A stretch of 61,106 nucleotides of DNA, filler included. It is 3 parts of 3 records of this genome, joined end to end, with 100 filler letters (N's around TTAATTAATTAA, not from the genome) between each part and the next. Parts side by side here need not be neighbours in the genome. Positions count along the whole stretch, not along the records: positions 34,979 to 61,106 come from DRR378314_439; 2 more parts are not named here. One strand, written 5' to 3'. The notes beneath the pieces were generated by a model that ran no database searches, was not told the origin of the DNA, and worked only from the letters and a program-made list of their open reading frames with translations. Of this stretch, positions 38,399 through 48,523 are shown piece after piece. The stretch's first letter is position 1, and the number at the start of each line of letters is the position of its first letter. The position numbers were made by a program, and so were the translations under genes.

Positions 38399-41300
38399 AT
38401 GAATCTGACGCGTAGCTCGTTAAAAAATCCCGCGAGCGTTATAGTCATCTTGGTGTTAATTATTTTATTTGGCATTTTAAGTATTTTTAAATTGCCAATT
38501 CAATTAACCCCAGACATCGAACAACCCCAAATCACCATTTTTTCTGGTTGGCGCCAAGCAGCTCCTGAAGAAATAGAATCTGTAATTATAGAACCAATAG
38601 AGAACGCCGTTAAAAACACTCCCGGCGCACTCGAGGTGAATACGAATATTAACCGCGGCAATGGCTCTATTACGCTCACTTTTGCCGTAGGGCAAAATAT
38701 GCAGCAAGCGATGCTCGATGTACTTACGAGTTTAAATCAAGCTCCTCCTCTACCACTGGATGCATTTGACCCTGTGGTTTTTGCTGGCGGAAACAACGGC
38801 GAGGCAGCTGCGACACTTCTGGTTACGCCAAAAGATTATCAATCCGATAATTTAGATTTCGATATGGCGCAATTTCAAAAACAAATTGATGAGTTTATTG
38901 AGCCTCGCTTAGCACGTATACCCGGAGTTGCCCGGGTAGATTTAGCCAGTGAGCGGCCAAAAGAGTTAAGAATTACATTCGATCCTCATAAAGCAGCAGC
39001 ATTAGGCATTAGCTTAAATCAAATTAGTAATGTACTTGCCAGCTCTCGCGATACATCAGGTGGCTTAGCCAATGTGGGAAGACGCCAATACACAGTTAGG
39101 TTCACCGGCCAATACGACTTGGCGAGCATGGCACAAATGCGTGTGGGTTACTCAAATAATCGCCCCATCTATCTAGGCGATATTGCCAGCGTAGAACGTA
39201 CCCATTCAGATAGATTAGGTATGAGTGGCCGCAATGGCAAACCCGCTTATTACATACGCATTTCGCGCTCTAATAGCGCCAACACAGTGGCACTATTAGA
39301 TGATATTAATGTAGCAATCAAAGAGCTAAACCAAGGCCCACTTGCTGACAATGGCTTATCTATAGAACTGAGCTTTGATGCTTCTGTACACATACGTAAT
39401 GCGCTCTCATTAGTGAAGGGTAACTTAGGGCTGGGTGTTGTTTTATCATGCCTAATTTTATGGCTGTTCTTTAGAGGACTAAAGGCCACCTTTGTTATTG
39501 CGGCGACAATCCCTATTTCCTTAATGGTTGCATTTTTAGCACTAAATATCTTTGGCCGCAGTTTAAACGTTATCTCACTAGCAGGTTTAGCTTTTGCCGT
39601 GGGGTTAGTGTTAGATGCCGCAATCATAGTGCAAGAAAACATAGCCAGACTGCGCTCACAAGGGCTGGATAATAAAAAAGCCGCTTTAAAAGGCGCAGCT
39701 CAAGTGACGGGAGCATTGTTTGCCTCAACCACGACAAGCGTTGCAATATTTTTACCTATTTTGTTTATGGCCGGTATTGAAGGACAGCTGTTTTCAGACT
39801 TAGCATTAACCTTGTCTATTGCCGTAATCACTTCAATGCTATGCGCAATTACGCTTATCCCTTTAGCGAACCATCTATGGCCTGATACTAAACTTAAGCC
39901 GGATCCTTATCACCTTTATTGGCAAAAGTTGAGTTCATTCATTATGAAACTCACCAACAACCGCGTTAAACAACTAACCTGGATTGGAATACTGCTTGGA
40001 GGGTCAGTAGTGACTACGCTGACTATGCTACCTAAAACTGACTTTATGCCACGTGCGCCGACAGATGGCTTTTTCTTTAACTTAGCAACTCCACCAGGCG
40101 GCAACGTGCAATTTATGGAAGAAGAGTTATTAATGCGGGTCAAAAAACGCTTAATGCCTTACTACACAGGTGAGAAAGAGCCGGGGATCAAAGACTTTAA
40201 CTTTTATGCATTTGGTTCAAACGCAGGGGGCTTTATTTATTCTGCTGATCCACAACGCGTCGAAGAACTGATGCAAGTTGCCAAAGAAGAGATATTTATT
40301 GATTTGCCAGACACTCAGGTATTCTTTTTCAGAGGCTCAATGATCCAAGTTGCTAATGGCGGTGATGGCCGTGCTATTAATATTGATTTAACGGGGCCAA
40401 ACATGGACGATTTAGTTATGGGTGCAAATGTTGCCCTACAAGCCGTTAAAGAAGCGCTGCCTAATGCAACTGCTCAACCACAGCCTCGCCTCGACATGGC
40501 TGAGCCTGAGCTGAGACTAACACCCAATGACCGCCGTATTACACAAGCAGGACTAACACGGCGCGATGTTTCGCAAGCTGTGCAGGCTTACACGGGTGGG
40601 CTATTTGTAAATGAGTACTTTGATGGTAATGAGCGGATGAATGTAATCTTGCGTGGTGTGCCATGGCAAACACCGGAACAACTCAAAGCCTTGCCTATTG
40701 TAACCCCAAATTCGGGTATTCAAACATTGGGGGAGCTGGCGAATATTGAGCGTACTGTCGGACCAACCCAATTACGTCGTGTTAATGGTCGTCGTACTGT
40801 AAGTGTGGTGGTAACGCCCCCAGCCAATATGAGCTTGCAACAAGCACAAACGATTTTAACGGAACAAGTAATGCCAAAAGTTAGAGCTAACTTACCCAGC
40901 AATGCAGGCGCTATTTTGGCAGGTAATGCACAAAAAATGAATTCTGCTATGACTGAAATGTCACTCAATTTTGTGCTTGCGCTATTCATATTATTTTTAC
41001 TGATGACCGCGCTATTTAAATCAGCAAAAGACAGCCTTTTAGTGCTGCTTGTAATGCCACTCGCTATCGCCGGCGGCGTGCTTGCATTGTTTATTCTTAA
41101 CTTATTTACCTTTCAATCGCTCGATTTGCTCACCATGATAGGCTTTATTATTTTACTGGGCTTGGTGGTCAATAATGCAATTTTATTAGTTGATCAGACG
41201 CGTGTAGCAATGGCGGATGGCCACAACCGTGAAGCGGCAGTAAAACAAGCTGTATTACTTAGGTCGCGCCCTGTTTACTTGAGCACCCTAACGAGTCTGT

Positions 41301-41509
41301 TTGGTATGTTGCCACTGATGCTTATGCCTGGTGTGGGCTCGGAGATTTATAGGGGGCTTGCAACCGTTATTGTCGGTGGAATGGCAATTAGTGCACTATT
41401 CACACTCATTTTAATGCCGAGTTTACTGCAACTTGGCCGTAAGCTGCCTCCTTCAAAAGTGGAAGATTCAATTAAAAATACTCCACAAAGTTTAAAGGCA
41501 AACCAATGA
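38399..41509 (+). CDS. RND efflux permease (AcrB/AcrD/AcrF family)
   Basis: 1036 aa, 12-TM architecture, SLNVISLAGLAFAVGLVLD, GLVVNNAILLVD. Confidence 0.93.
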   Translation: MNLTRSSLKNPASVIVILVLIILFGILSIFKLPIQLTPDIEQPQITIFSGWRQAAPEEIESVIIEPIENAVKNTPGALEVNTNINRGNGSITLTFAVGQNMQQAMLDVLTSLNQAPPLPLDAFDPVVFAGGNNGEAAATLLVTPKDYQSDNLDFDMAQFQKQIDEFIEPRLARIPGVARVDLASERPKELRITFDPHKAAALGISLNQISNVLASSRDTSGGLANVGRRQYTVRFTGQYDLASMAQMRVGYSNNRPIYLGDIASVERTHSDRLGMSGRNGKPAYYIRISRSNSANTVALLDDINVAIKELNQGPLADNGLSIELSFDASVHIRNALSLVKGNLGLGVVLSCLILWLFFRGLKATFVIAATIPISLMVAFLALNIFGRSLNVISLAGLAFAVGLVLDAAIIVQENIARLRSQGLDNKKAALKGAAQVTGALFASTTTSVAIFLPILFMAGIEGQLFSDLALTLSIAVITSMLCAITLIPLANHLWPDTKLKPDPYHLYWQKLSSFIMKLTNNRVKQLTWIGILLGGSVVTTLTMLPKTDFMPRAPTDGFFFNLATPPGGNVQFMEEELLMRVKKRLMPYYTGEKEPGIKDFNFYAFGSNAGGFIYSADPQRVEELMQVAKEEIFIDLPDTQVFFFRGSMIQVANGGDGRAINIDLTGPNMDDLVMGANVALQAVKEALPNATAQPQPRLDMAEPELRLTPNDRRITQAGLTRRDVSQAVQAYTGGLFVNEYFDGNERMNVILRGVPWQTPEQLKALPIVTPNSGIQTLGELANIERTVGPTQLRRVNGRRTVSVVVTPPANMSLQQAQTILTEQVMPKVRANLPSNAGAILAGNAQKMNSAMTEMSLNFVLALFILFLLMTALFKSAKDSLLVLLVMPLAIAGGVLALFILNLFTFQSLDLLTMIGFIILLGLVVNNAILLVDQTRVAMADGHNREAAVKQAVLLRSRPVYLSTLTSLFGMLPLMLMPGVGSEIYRGLATVIVGGMAISALFTLILMPSLLQLGRKLPPSKVEDSIKNTPQSLKANQ

Positions 41510-42591
41510 ACAGCGAGATTAAATCAATGAATAATATAAAATCAGCCATCTTCATTTTCGGCCTGTGTTGTAGTTTTGTAGTGACCAATGCCAAAGCCGT
41601 TGTTCCGGTTAGTGTAGATAGCGTAACTAAAGCGCCCCTTACGAGTGAAATTGAGGTCAATGGTACACTTTATGGTAAAGACGATGTGACCCTTACCGCG
41701 GGAATTAGTGGTCGACTTTTATATGTCGCTGAACCTGGAACTCGTATCAACCAAGGTGATATTTTAGTACGGATGGATACACTTCCTCTTGAATTAGACA
41801 AAGCGCGCCAACAAGAGATGCTTAACCGTGCCAAAATTAACCTGCGTTTATATCAACAAGAACTAACGCGCCTCACTGAGTTAGCAAAATCGAGTAGCGC
41901 TGCAATTAGCCAAGTTGACCTAGTACAAAATAAGCACGATCTAGCTCACTCTGACATCGCACTTGCTGAGCTTGAGCTGAAGGTTATTGAAGATAAACTT
42001 AAACGAGCAACTATTCGAGCACCTTTCGCAGGGGTGATTAGCGAACGATTTAAACGCGCTGGCCGTGAGATAAACCGTGCAGAAGAGTTACTCACACTAT
42101 TAGATATAAATCATTTAGAGGTCAGGCTTTACGTGCCTGTCAAATACCTAAAGTATCTTGAGCTCGGAATCGAGCTGCCAATAAATGCGGGTGATTTATC
42201 GCAACTTCAGAGCGCTGCAGCCATTGTTACTGCTGTGATCCCATCAACGGACCCACGGTCACAAACAATCGAGGTTCGCGCAATACTCAACCCTAAAAAT
42301 AAGCATGCATGGGCGATTGGGCAGCTTGTCGACGTCGCCGTCCCTTTGAAAAGTAAAAATGCGATGCTGTTGGTTAACCGTGATGCATTGATTATTCGTA
42401 AGCAAGGTACGCATATCGTTAAAATTGATACACAAAGTAAAGCGATTCAAGTTCCAGTCACCGTAGGTGCAGGAAAAGGTCAACTGATTGCTGTGACCCC
42501 AATTGAAACTGGGAGTTTGGTAACAGGAGATAGGATCGCTATTCGCGGTGCAGAACGGCTCCAAACGGGCCAAGAAGTCGACGTACAATAA
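41506..42591 (+). CDS. RND periplasmic adaptor (MFP)
   Basis: Lipoyl/alpha-hairpin with IRAPFAGVI; 4-nt overlap with the RND gene. Confidence 0.92.
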   Translation: MNSEIKSMNNIKSAIFIFGLCCSFVVTNAKAVVPVSVDSVTKAPLTSEIEVNGTLYGKDDVTLTAGISGRLLYVAEPGTRINQGDILVRMDTLPLELDKARQQEMLNRAKINLRLYQQELTRLTELAKSSSAAISQVDLVQNKHDLAHSDIALAELELKVIEDKLKRATIRAPFAGVISERFKRAGREINRAEELLTLLDINHLEVRLYVPVKYLKYLELGIELPINAGDLSQLQSAAAIVTAVIPSTDPRSQTIEVRAILNPKNKHAWAIGQLVDVAVPLKSKNAMLLVNRDALIIRKQGTHIVKIDTQSKAIQVPVTVGAGKGQLIAVTPIETGSLVTGDRIAIRGAERLQTGQEVDVQ

Positions 42592-42609
42592 ACTGTTTAG
42601 TCAGAAAAT

Positions 42610-42649
42610 AAGCCGGATAGCATGGCATGTATGTCAAAAAATCCGGCTT
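42610..42649. terminator. Inverted repeat between convergent MFP and MCP genes
   Basis: AAGCCGGAT...ATCCGGCTT arms with a large loop. Confidence 0.45.
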
Positions 42650-42665
42650 GTTAAATTGTTATGTG

Positions 42666-44621
42666 TTACGCCACTTTAAATTGTTTAACTATCTGATCTA
42701 ACTCATGTGCTGTTTGTGATAGTGAGTTTGCTATATCAGCCGCCTGCTCAGCGCCTGCCATTGTTTCATGGGCTTTCTCATTAACATGTTGCACACTTTC
42801 GGTAATTTGCTGGCTGACAACATTTTGCTCTTCAGATGCGCTGGCTATTTGCACATTCATGTCTTTAATAGTTCCAACTGATTGAGATATTAGGTCTAAT
42901 GCCTCACCTGTTTGCTCTGTTTTTTCTGCGGTTTGCTCTACACTCGTCATGCTTGATTTCATAGACTCAACAGATTTTTTCGCCTCATTTTGGAGCTTTG
43001 ATATCATCACTTGAATTTCTTCTGTACTTTGTTGAGTGCGACTCGCTAAAGAGCGCACTTCATCAGCAACAACCGCAAAACCACGCCCTTGCTCACCCGC
43101 TCGCGCAGCTTCAATTGCAGCATTTAAAGCGAGTAAATTGGTTTGATCTGCAATTCCCCTGATCACATCGAGTATTGAACCCACAGACTCAGTCTCTGCT
43201 TCTAAATTAGCAATAGTTTGGCTTACGTCCATCATTGTTTCAACGAGCTCTCCCATAGCAGCATGAGTTTGAGAGACTACTTGCGATCCATTCAGTACTT
43301 CATCATCAGCTGTTGATGCAGCATCAGCTGCCATTTGTGCGCTTTGCGTGATCTCATTGACTGTGGCAGACATTTCGTGCATTGCTGTCGCTGTTTGAGT
43401 TAATTGATCAGATTGTTGTTCGGCTCCAGTTTTTGACTGAGCTGTTATTGACGTTAGGCTAAATGATGTTTCAGATACTTGAGTAGTTGACTCTCTTATT
43501 TGCGACAACATTTGATTGAGCTTCAAGGTCATTTCTTTCATTGCCAAGTAAATACCCGACTCATTGCCGGTATTATCAAACTGGTGACGTAAATCACCTT
43601 CTGAAATTGCCTGCACTATTTTTGCAATCTCTAATGGCTCTCCACCAATCGGTTTTTTAATTAAACGAGTAATAAAAATACTCAAAACTATACCTAGAAT
43701 AATCACAATGATTGAAAAGATGATGATGGTATTTATCGCATTTTGGTTACTGGATTGAATAGAAGGGCCTATTTGATCTTGGCGCTGTTGAGAGTTTAGC
43801 TTTATTTCTTCAATCTCTGACGCCACTTTTGGCCCAACTTTATCAAGCGTACCTGATATAATCGCATTGCGCTCATCAATTGTTTTATGAATTTGGTCAA
43901 TACCATCAACGTATTTAGCAGTACGGTTTATAAAATCATTAACTAATGATGTTCCCAAAGTGCCATTAGTAAGTAACGATAATTCATTAACGCGTTTATT
44001 AACTACATCAAATTCTCCAATTGAACGTTCAAACTCAGCTTGCGTATTATTTATTAAATACTTGCTGACATAGAGGCGACCTAATAGTAAAGACTCTTGC
44101 AGTGCAGATGCTTGAGCTAGACTTTCAAAATCACCATTTTTTTTACTAATTTGAATTAATTGTGTCACTGCTTTTCGCATCACTGCGCCATTTTCGTCAA
44201 GCACAGATGAAACGATAGCATTTCGCTTGTTCACCAAATTAATAACCTTATCAAAACCCGATTTATATAAATCGATCTCATCTGATATTTTATTAATAGC
44301 AGTTAACTTTACAGGATCCGTAAATTGATTTTTTCCTGTATCAACTAAATCAGTAAGTAATGAATGGCGATTATTAAACTCGTTAATGTTACTTATTTTT
44401 TTGTCTTTTAGGTATTTCAGAGCTTCGAGTCTGAGTGTAAGAACATTAGCTTGAATTCGAGCTGATAAATTACTATCACGAGCATTTTTTCTATACTCTA
44501 CAAAGTTATTATAGCCAGAGTTTAGTGCAAATAATGCGACGATACTTACTACTCCAAGTAGGAAAATCATTGCACCAAAGGCAAGGTTAAGTTGAGTGTT
44601 CAGTTTTAATTTAGCAAGCAT
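42666..44621 (-). CDS. Methyl-accepting chemotaxis protein with large helical (HBM-like) sensor domain
   Basis: [37 protein letters not shown]; 2 TM flanking a ~260 aa periplasmic domain. Confidence 0.95.
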   Translation of the reverse strand: MLAKLKLNTQLNLAFGAMIFLLGVVSIVALFALNSGYNNFVEYRKNARDSNLSARIQANVLTLRLEALKYLKDKKISNINEFNNRHSLLTDLVDTGKNQFTDPVKLTAINKISDEIDLYKSGFDKVINLVNKRNAIVSSVLDENGAVMRKAVTQLIQISKKNGDFESLAQASALQESLLLGRLYVSKYLINNTQAEFERSIGEFDVVNKRVNELSLLTNGTLGTSLVNDFINRTAKYVDGIDQIHKTIDERNAIISGTLDKVGPKVASEIEEIKLNSQQRQDQIGPSIQSSNQNAINTIIIFSIIVIILGIVLSIFITRLIKKPIGGEPLEIAKIVQAISEGDLRHQFDNTGNESGIYLAMKEMTLKLNQMLSQIRESTTQVSETSFSLTSITAQSKTGAEQQSDQLTQTATAMHEMSATVNEITQSAQMAADAASTADDEVLNGSQVVSQTHAAMGELVETMMDVSQTIANLEAETESVGSILDVIRGIADQTNLLALNAAIEAARAGEQGRGFAVVADEVRSLASRTQQSTEEIQVMISKLQNEAKKSVESMKSSMTSVEQTAEKTEQTGEALDLISQSVGTIKDMNVQIASASEEQNVVSQQITESVQHVNEKAHETMAGAEQAADIANSLSQTAHELDQIVKQFKVA

Positions 44622-44830
44622 ATGCAAGGGTCTCTCTTAAGCTTTTGAGCGCATCCATTGCATACAAAGTCCTTAGTTTAGATATCAGGTAAGTATAGAA
44701 AGATATGAGTTAATGGCTAGATTTAAAGGTAAATCATGATGAATTTATGAAATTTCCGATGATATTCAATCACTAGTATTTGTTGAAACTTTATAATAAC
44801 CAGCTAATAAATGAATATAAACTCACTTTA

Positions 44831-45412
44831 TCAGTCGCAACTGAACATGCTGATATCAATTTTCTTAAGTTGTTTGCCCTTTAATGAGTAATCATTGTGC
44901 TCTATAAGCAGTACATTATTTTTAGTAGTAAATGAGAAATCCCCAAGTCTGTTAAAAGTTGCTATAGGCATAAGTGAATAAAAACCTGATTTGTCAGTGC
45001 ACTGAAACGAAAAGTAGTGCGTCGCTTCGCCTAATGTATCTGCATCAGCAGTGTATACACTGATCCTATTTTTTAGTTGATACTTTTCTACATTTGTCCC
45101 AACGACAGCATAAAGTACGCACACAGCGATGAGAACAATTGACTGTAGCCCCGCTAGGACAAAGAGGGTCATCTCAGCTATTTTTTTATAAAGTACTCGC
45201 GGCATTTGATACGAAGACCGTGCTTGCCTCACTAATAAAAAGCCACCTATTAGGACCATTAAAAGCTTGATTGGCATTAAATATACATTTACGAGGTACA
45301 TCGTTTGCTCGCTTTTCCACTGAATACCAAAAGCAGGAGCAATAAAAAGGCTGTCAATTAAAGGGATGAGTATTAATAAACTGGCGAGGATAAATTTGAT
45401 ATTTTTTTGCAT
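44831..45412 (-). CDS. Hypothetical membrane protein (3 TM plus small beta-rich C-terminal domain)
   Basis: 193 aa ORF filling the interval, hydrophobic N-terminal half. Confidence 0.7.
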   Translation of the reverse strand: MQKNIKFILASLLILIPLIDSLFIAPAFGIQWKSEQTMYLVNVYLMPIKLLMVLIGGFLLVRQARSSYQMPRVLYKKIAEMTLFVLAGLQSIVLIAVCVLYAVVGTNVEKYQLKNRISVYTADADTLGEATHYFSFQCTDKSGFYSLMPIATFNRLGDFSFTTKNNVLLIEHNDYSLKGKQLKKIDISMFSCD

Positions 45413-45465
45413 ATAAAAGTAACAAAATTAGCGGTGTATTTAGTATACAAATAATAACCACCAAT

Positions 45466-45494
45466 AAAAAGCCCGTTAAAAAATCAACGGGCTT
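45466..45494 (-). terminator. Terminator of the mrp operon
   Basis: GCCCGTT...AACGGGC stem with A-tract on + (U-tract on -). Confidence 0.75.
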
Positions 45495-45520
45495 GTATTC
45501 TAATTAAGGATTATTAGTAA

Positions 45521-45853
45521 TTAATCATCTTCAACGTTATCAAGCCCTTTAGTGCCTTTTTTAGCTTTTAACTTATGGTGTATTGCTGATTTTATTAACA
45601 TATACCCACTAATTGGCGCTGTTATTAATAAGAAAATGGTGATCAATAGCTCTTTTACACTGATACCATTTTGCGTGCTACTAAAAAACACCATAGCAGC
45701 AATTAACACGCCAGCCATACCCAGGGTCGTTGCTTTCGTTGGCCCGTGTAATCGCATAAAAAAATCTGGCATTTTAATTAAGCCAATTGAGCCAATTAAA
45801 ATAAATGCGCCACCAATGAGCAATAAGATAGAAACTATCCATTCACTATACAT
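45521..45853 (-). CDS. mrpG: Mrp/Pha antiporter subunit G
   Basis: PDFFMRLHGPTKATTLG. Confidence 0.95.
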   Translation of the reverse strand: MYSEWIVSILLLIGGAFILIGSIGLIKMPDFFMRLHGPTKATTLGMAGVLIAAMVFFSSTQNGISVKELLITIFLLITAPISGYMLIKSAIHHKLKAKKGTKGLDNVEDD

Positions 45854-45862
45854 ATTATTACC

Positions 45863-46132
45863 TTATTCGATGATATCGCCACGCAGTAGATATTTACACA
45901 CGGCTACTGTACTGACAAATCCAAGCATCGCAATTAACAATGCCGCTTCAAAATAAAGACCTGTCCCCATACTCATACCGTAAAGAATAATAAGCGCAAT
46001 AGTATTGATATACATAGTATCAAGCGCCAAAATCCTGTCAGGTATCGATGGACCGATTACAAGTCGCCACAAATTAAGTAAAAGCGATAAACCAATCATC
46101 GCGAAGACGATTAAAAAAACCGTTTCTAGCAT
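45863..46132 (-). CDS. mrpF: Mrp/Pha antiporter subunit F
   Basis: GPSIPDRILALD, LGFVSTVA. Confidence 0.95.
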   Translation of the reverse strand: MLETVFLIVFAMIGLSLLLNLWRLVIGPSIPDRILALDTMYINTIALIILYGMSMGTGLYFEAALLIAMLGFVSTVAVCKYLLRGDIIE

Positions 46133-46662
46133 TGAAATATCTCCTTAAGCGGTGCTTCATAACGTGTTTTAATTGTGTTGATTAACGCCTCTTCATCCGC
46201 CAAATCAAGTACATGAATCAGTAAAAAACGCTGCGTTGGCTGCTCTCCTTCAGGAAGAGATTCAGGTATTGGATACACCTCAGCACTTACTGTTCCAGGT
46301 GTTAATGACACGGTACTGGCCAAAATAGTTATTGGCATTTCATGACTTAAATCTAAAGGGACCTTAACAAACGCAGGCCGCAATTTTTTAACTGGTCCCA
46401 AAATTAGTAATGCCACTTGTAAGTTGGCGGTGACAATGTCATACAACACAATAAACAACTGTTTAATTGCCAGCCCTGGTTTTAAAATTAGAGGCTGAGG
46501 ATCACGAAATGGAAAGGTCGCGATAGGTATTAATATCGAGAAAATAGTCGCCAACACGATATGACCTGCCGATACACTGTTGTTCAATAATAACCAAACA
46601 ACAAAGAGCAACAGGCTACGAAACGGTGTTGGTAGCCAACGGTAACGGGACTCTAAACGCAT
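46126..46662 (-). CDS. mrpE: Mrp/Pha antiporter subunit E
   Basis: ANLQVA, SLTPGT, IKTRYEAPLKEIF. Confidence 0.93.
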   Translation of the reverse strand: MRLESRYRWLPTPFRSLLLFVVWLLLNNSVSAGHIVLATIFSILIPIATFPFRDPQPLILKPGLAIKQLFIVLYDIVTANLQVALLILGPVKKLRPAFVKVPLDLSHEMPITILASTVSLTPGTVSAEVYPIPESLPEGEQPTQRFLLIHVLDLADEEALINTIKTRYEAPLKEIFQC

Positions 46663-48179
46663 TATAAGTCTCCCTTAAGTACAGTATTTATACCACTGGT
46701 TATATCATGTAATTGAGTCGCTGCGGCAACCATATATTCAGTAATTGGTCCGGCAAAAATGACCATCAATGGCGAGCACGCAAGTAGCCCTATAACTGCA
46801 ATTACCTGCAAAGGCTTGGCATTGTCTACTTCGAGGTGGTCGCGGTCTTGGTGCTTTCGTTCCCAAAACAAGCTGGTTCCTGCCCGTGATAACGCGACAA
46901 GTAAGGCAAAGCTAGCTATTAAATAGACAGGCCAAAAAACCAGCGCTCGTTCACTATCGAGGGTTGTTTTTAAGATCCATATCTTACCAATAAAACCTGA
47001 CAATGGTGGCATTCCAACAACAGCAAGCGCGGCAATAATAAAACATGTACCAAGTAAAATTGGCTGTCCCACACCACGTCCTGGTGCAAGCCGGTCTGCT
47101 ACTTTACCGCGTTGATGTGAAATAAGATCAGCAATTAAAAATAATGCTGCGCAAATGATAGTTGAATGGACAAGGTAATATAACAATGCCGCGGTTGCAC
47201 TAACATGCTGAATAGCAACCAACGCCACAAGTGTGCCAACAGAAACAACAACCAGATTTGCTGTAAGTTTACGCAAGTCTTGAGCAGCTAAAACGCCAAT
47301 AGCACCAATAGCAATAGTTGCAATCGCTAACCCCCATAGGAATGGCTGGGCCATATGGTTTAATAACCCTGCATTTTCGCCAAATATTACAGTGTAAACA
47401 CGTAACATGGCATAAACGCCTACCTTGGTCATTATAGCAAACAAAGCAGCAACCACTGGCATTGCACTCGCATAGGTATTAGGTAACCATAAATGAAGCG
47501 GTAACAACGCCCCTTTCAATGCAAAAACAACGAGTAACAGCAAACCACCGATTTTAGCTAAAAATACATCATCGCCTTGAAGCATTGATACTTTTTGCGA
47601 CATATCAGCAATATTGAGCGTACCAAGCACACCATATAAAATACCTAACGCAATCAAGAACACGCTTGACCCTATGAGGTTAAGAATAACGTATTGCAAT
47701 GCTGCTCGTGTTTTATGTTTATCCCCTGCATGCATTAACAATGAATAAGAGGCGATAAGCAGCACTTCAAAAAATACAAATAAATTGAATAAGTCACCAG
47801 TAAGGAAAGCGCCGTTTACACCTAGCACCAAAAAGTGCAATAACGGATGAAAAAAGCTGCCCTTCTCGTCGTCGCCAACACTGCTGTATAGCGCAACGCT
47901 AAGTGCCAAAAACGAAGTCAGTGCGACTAATAATACTGAAAGTAAATCGGCAACTAATACAATACCAAATGGTGCTTGCCAACCACCAATAGCATAGACA
48001 ATTGGCCCATTTTGATAGACGTACACCAGCAATACAAGACTGATTATCGAAGTCAAAAGTGACATTGTCATTGATACTACACGACGTATTGGGATGCTCT
48101 TCCCACAAGGTGGCATCAATAACAATATTGCACTGAGCATAGGAATGAGCACAGGCCATGATGCGATATGCTGAATCAT
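46662..48179 (-). CDS. mrpD: Mrp/Pha antiporter subunit D
   Basis: TGDLFNLFVFFEV, PLHLWLP, MTKVGVY. Confidence 0.95.
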   Translation of the reverse strand: MIQHIASWPVLIPMLSAILLLMPPCGKSIPIRRVVSMTMSLLTSIISLVLLVYVYQNGPIVYAIGGWQAPFGIVLVADLLSVLLVALTSFLALSVALYSSVGDDEKGSFFHPLLHFLVLGVNGAFLTGDLFNLFVFFEVLLIASYSLLMHAGDKHKTRAALQYVILNLIGSSVFLIALGILYGVLGTLNIADMSQKVSMLQGDDVFLAKIGGLLLLVVFALKGALLPLHLWLPNTYASAMPVVAALFAIMTKVGVYAMLRVYTVIFGENAGLLNHMAQPFLWGLAIATIAIGAIGVLAAQDLRKLTANLVVVSVGTLVALVAIQHVSATAALLYYLVHSTIICAALFLIADLISHQRGKVADRLAPGRGVGQPILLGTCFIIAALAVVGMPPLSGFIGKIWILKTTLDSERALVFWPVYLIASFALLVALSRAGTSLFWERKHQDRDHLEVDNAKPLQVIAVIGLLACSPLMVIFAGPITEYMVAAATQLHDITSGINTVLKGDL

Positions 48180-48523
48180 TTTTGCTCCTTGTTATTACTT
48201 TTTACAAGATGACCATCGACATGATCATTGCCTAAATCAGCGCGTCCTCTGATTGCTAAAATCACCACAAATGCGGTCATCGCAAATCCTATTACGATTG
48301 CTGTCAGTACTAACGCTTGAGGCAGTGGATCGGCGTAATCAGCCCCAGTTCCAAGTACAACCGCTTTATTAATTGTTAAACGACCCGCAGAGAACAAAAA
48401 TAAGTTTACAGCGTAAGAGAGCATAGTGAGCCCCAATACAACTGGAAAAGTACGTGCTCTTAGAAGTAAATAAATACCACAAGTCACTAATACACCAACG
48501 CACGATGCGTATAATAGTTCCAT
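48176..48523 (-). CDS. mrpC: Mrp/Pha antiporter subunit C
   Basis: DPLPQALVLTAIVIGF. Confidence 0.95.
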   Translation of the reverse strand: MELLYASCVGVLVTCGIYLLLRARTFPVVLGLTMLSYAVNLFLFSAGRLTINKAVVLGTGADYADPLPQALVLTAIVIGFAMTAFVVILAIRGRADLGNDHVDGHLVKSNNKEQK

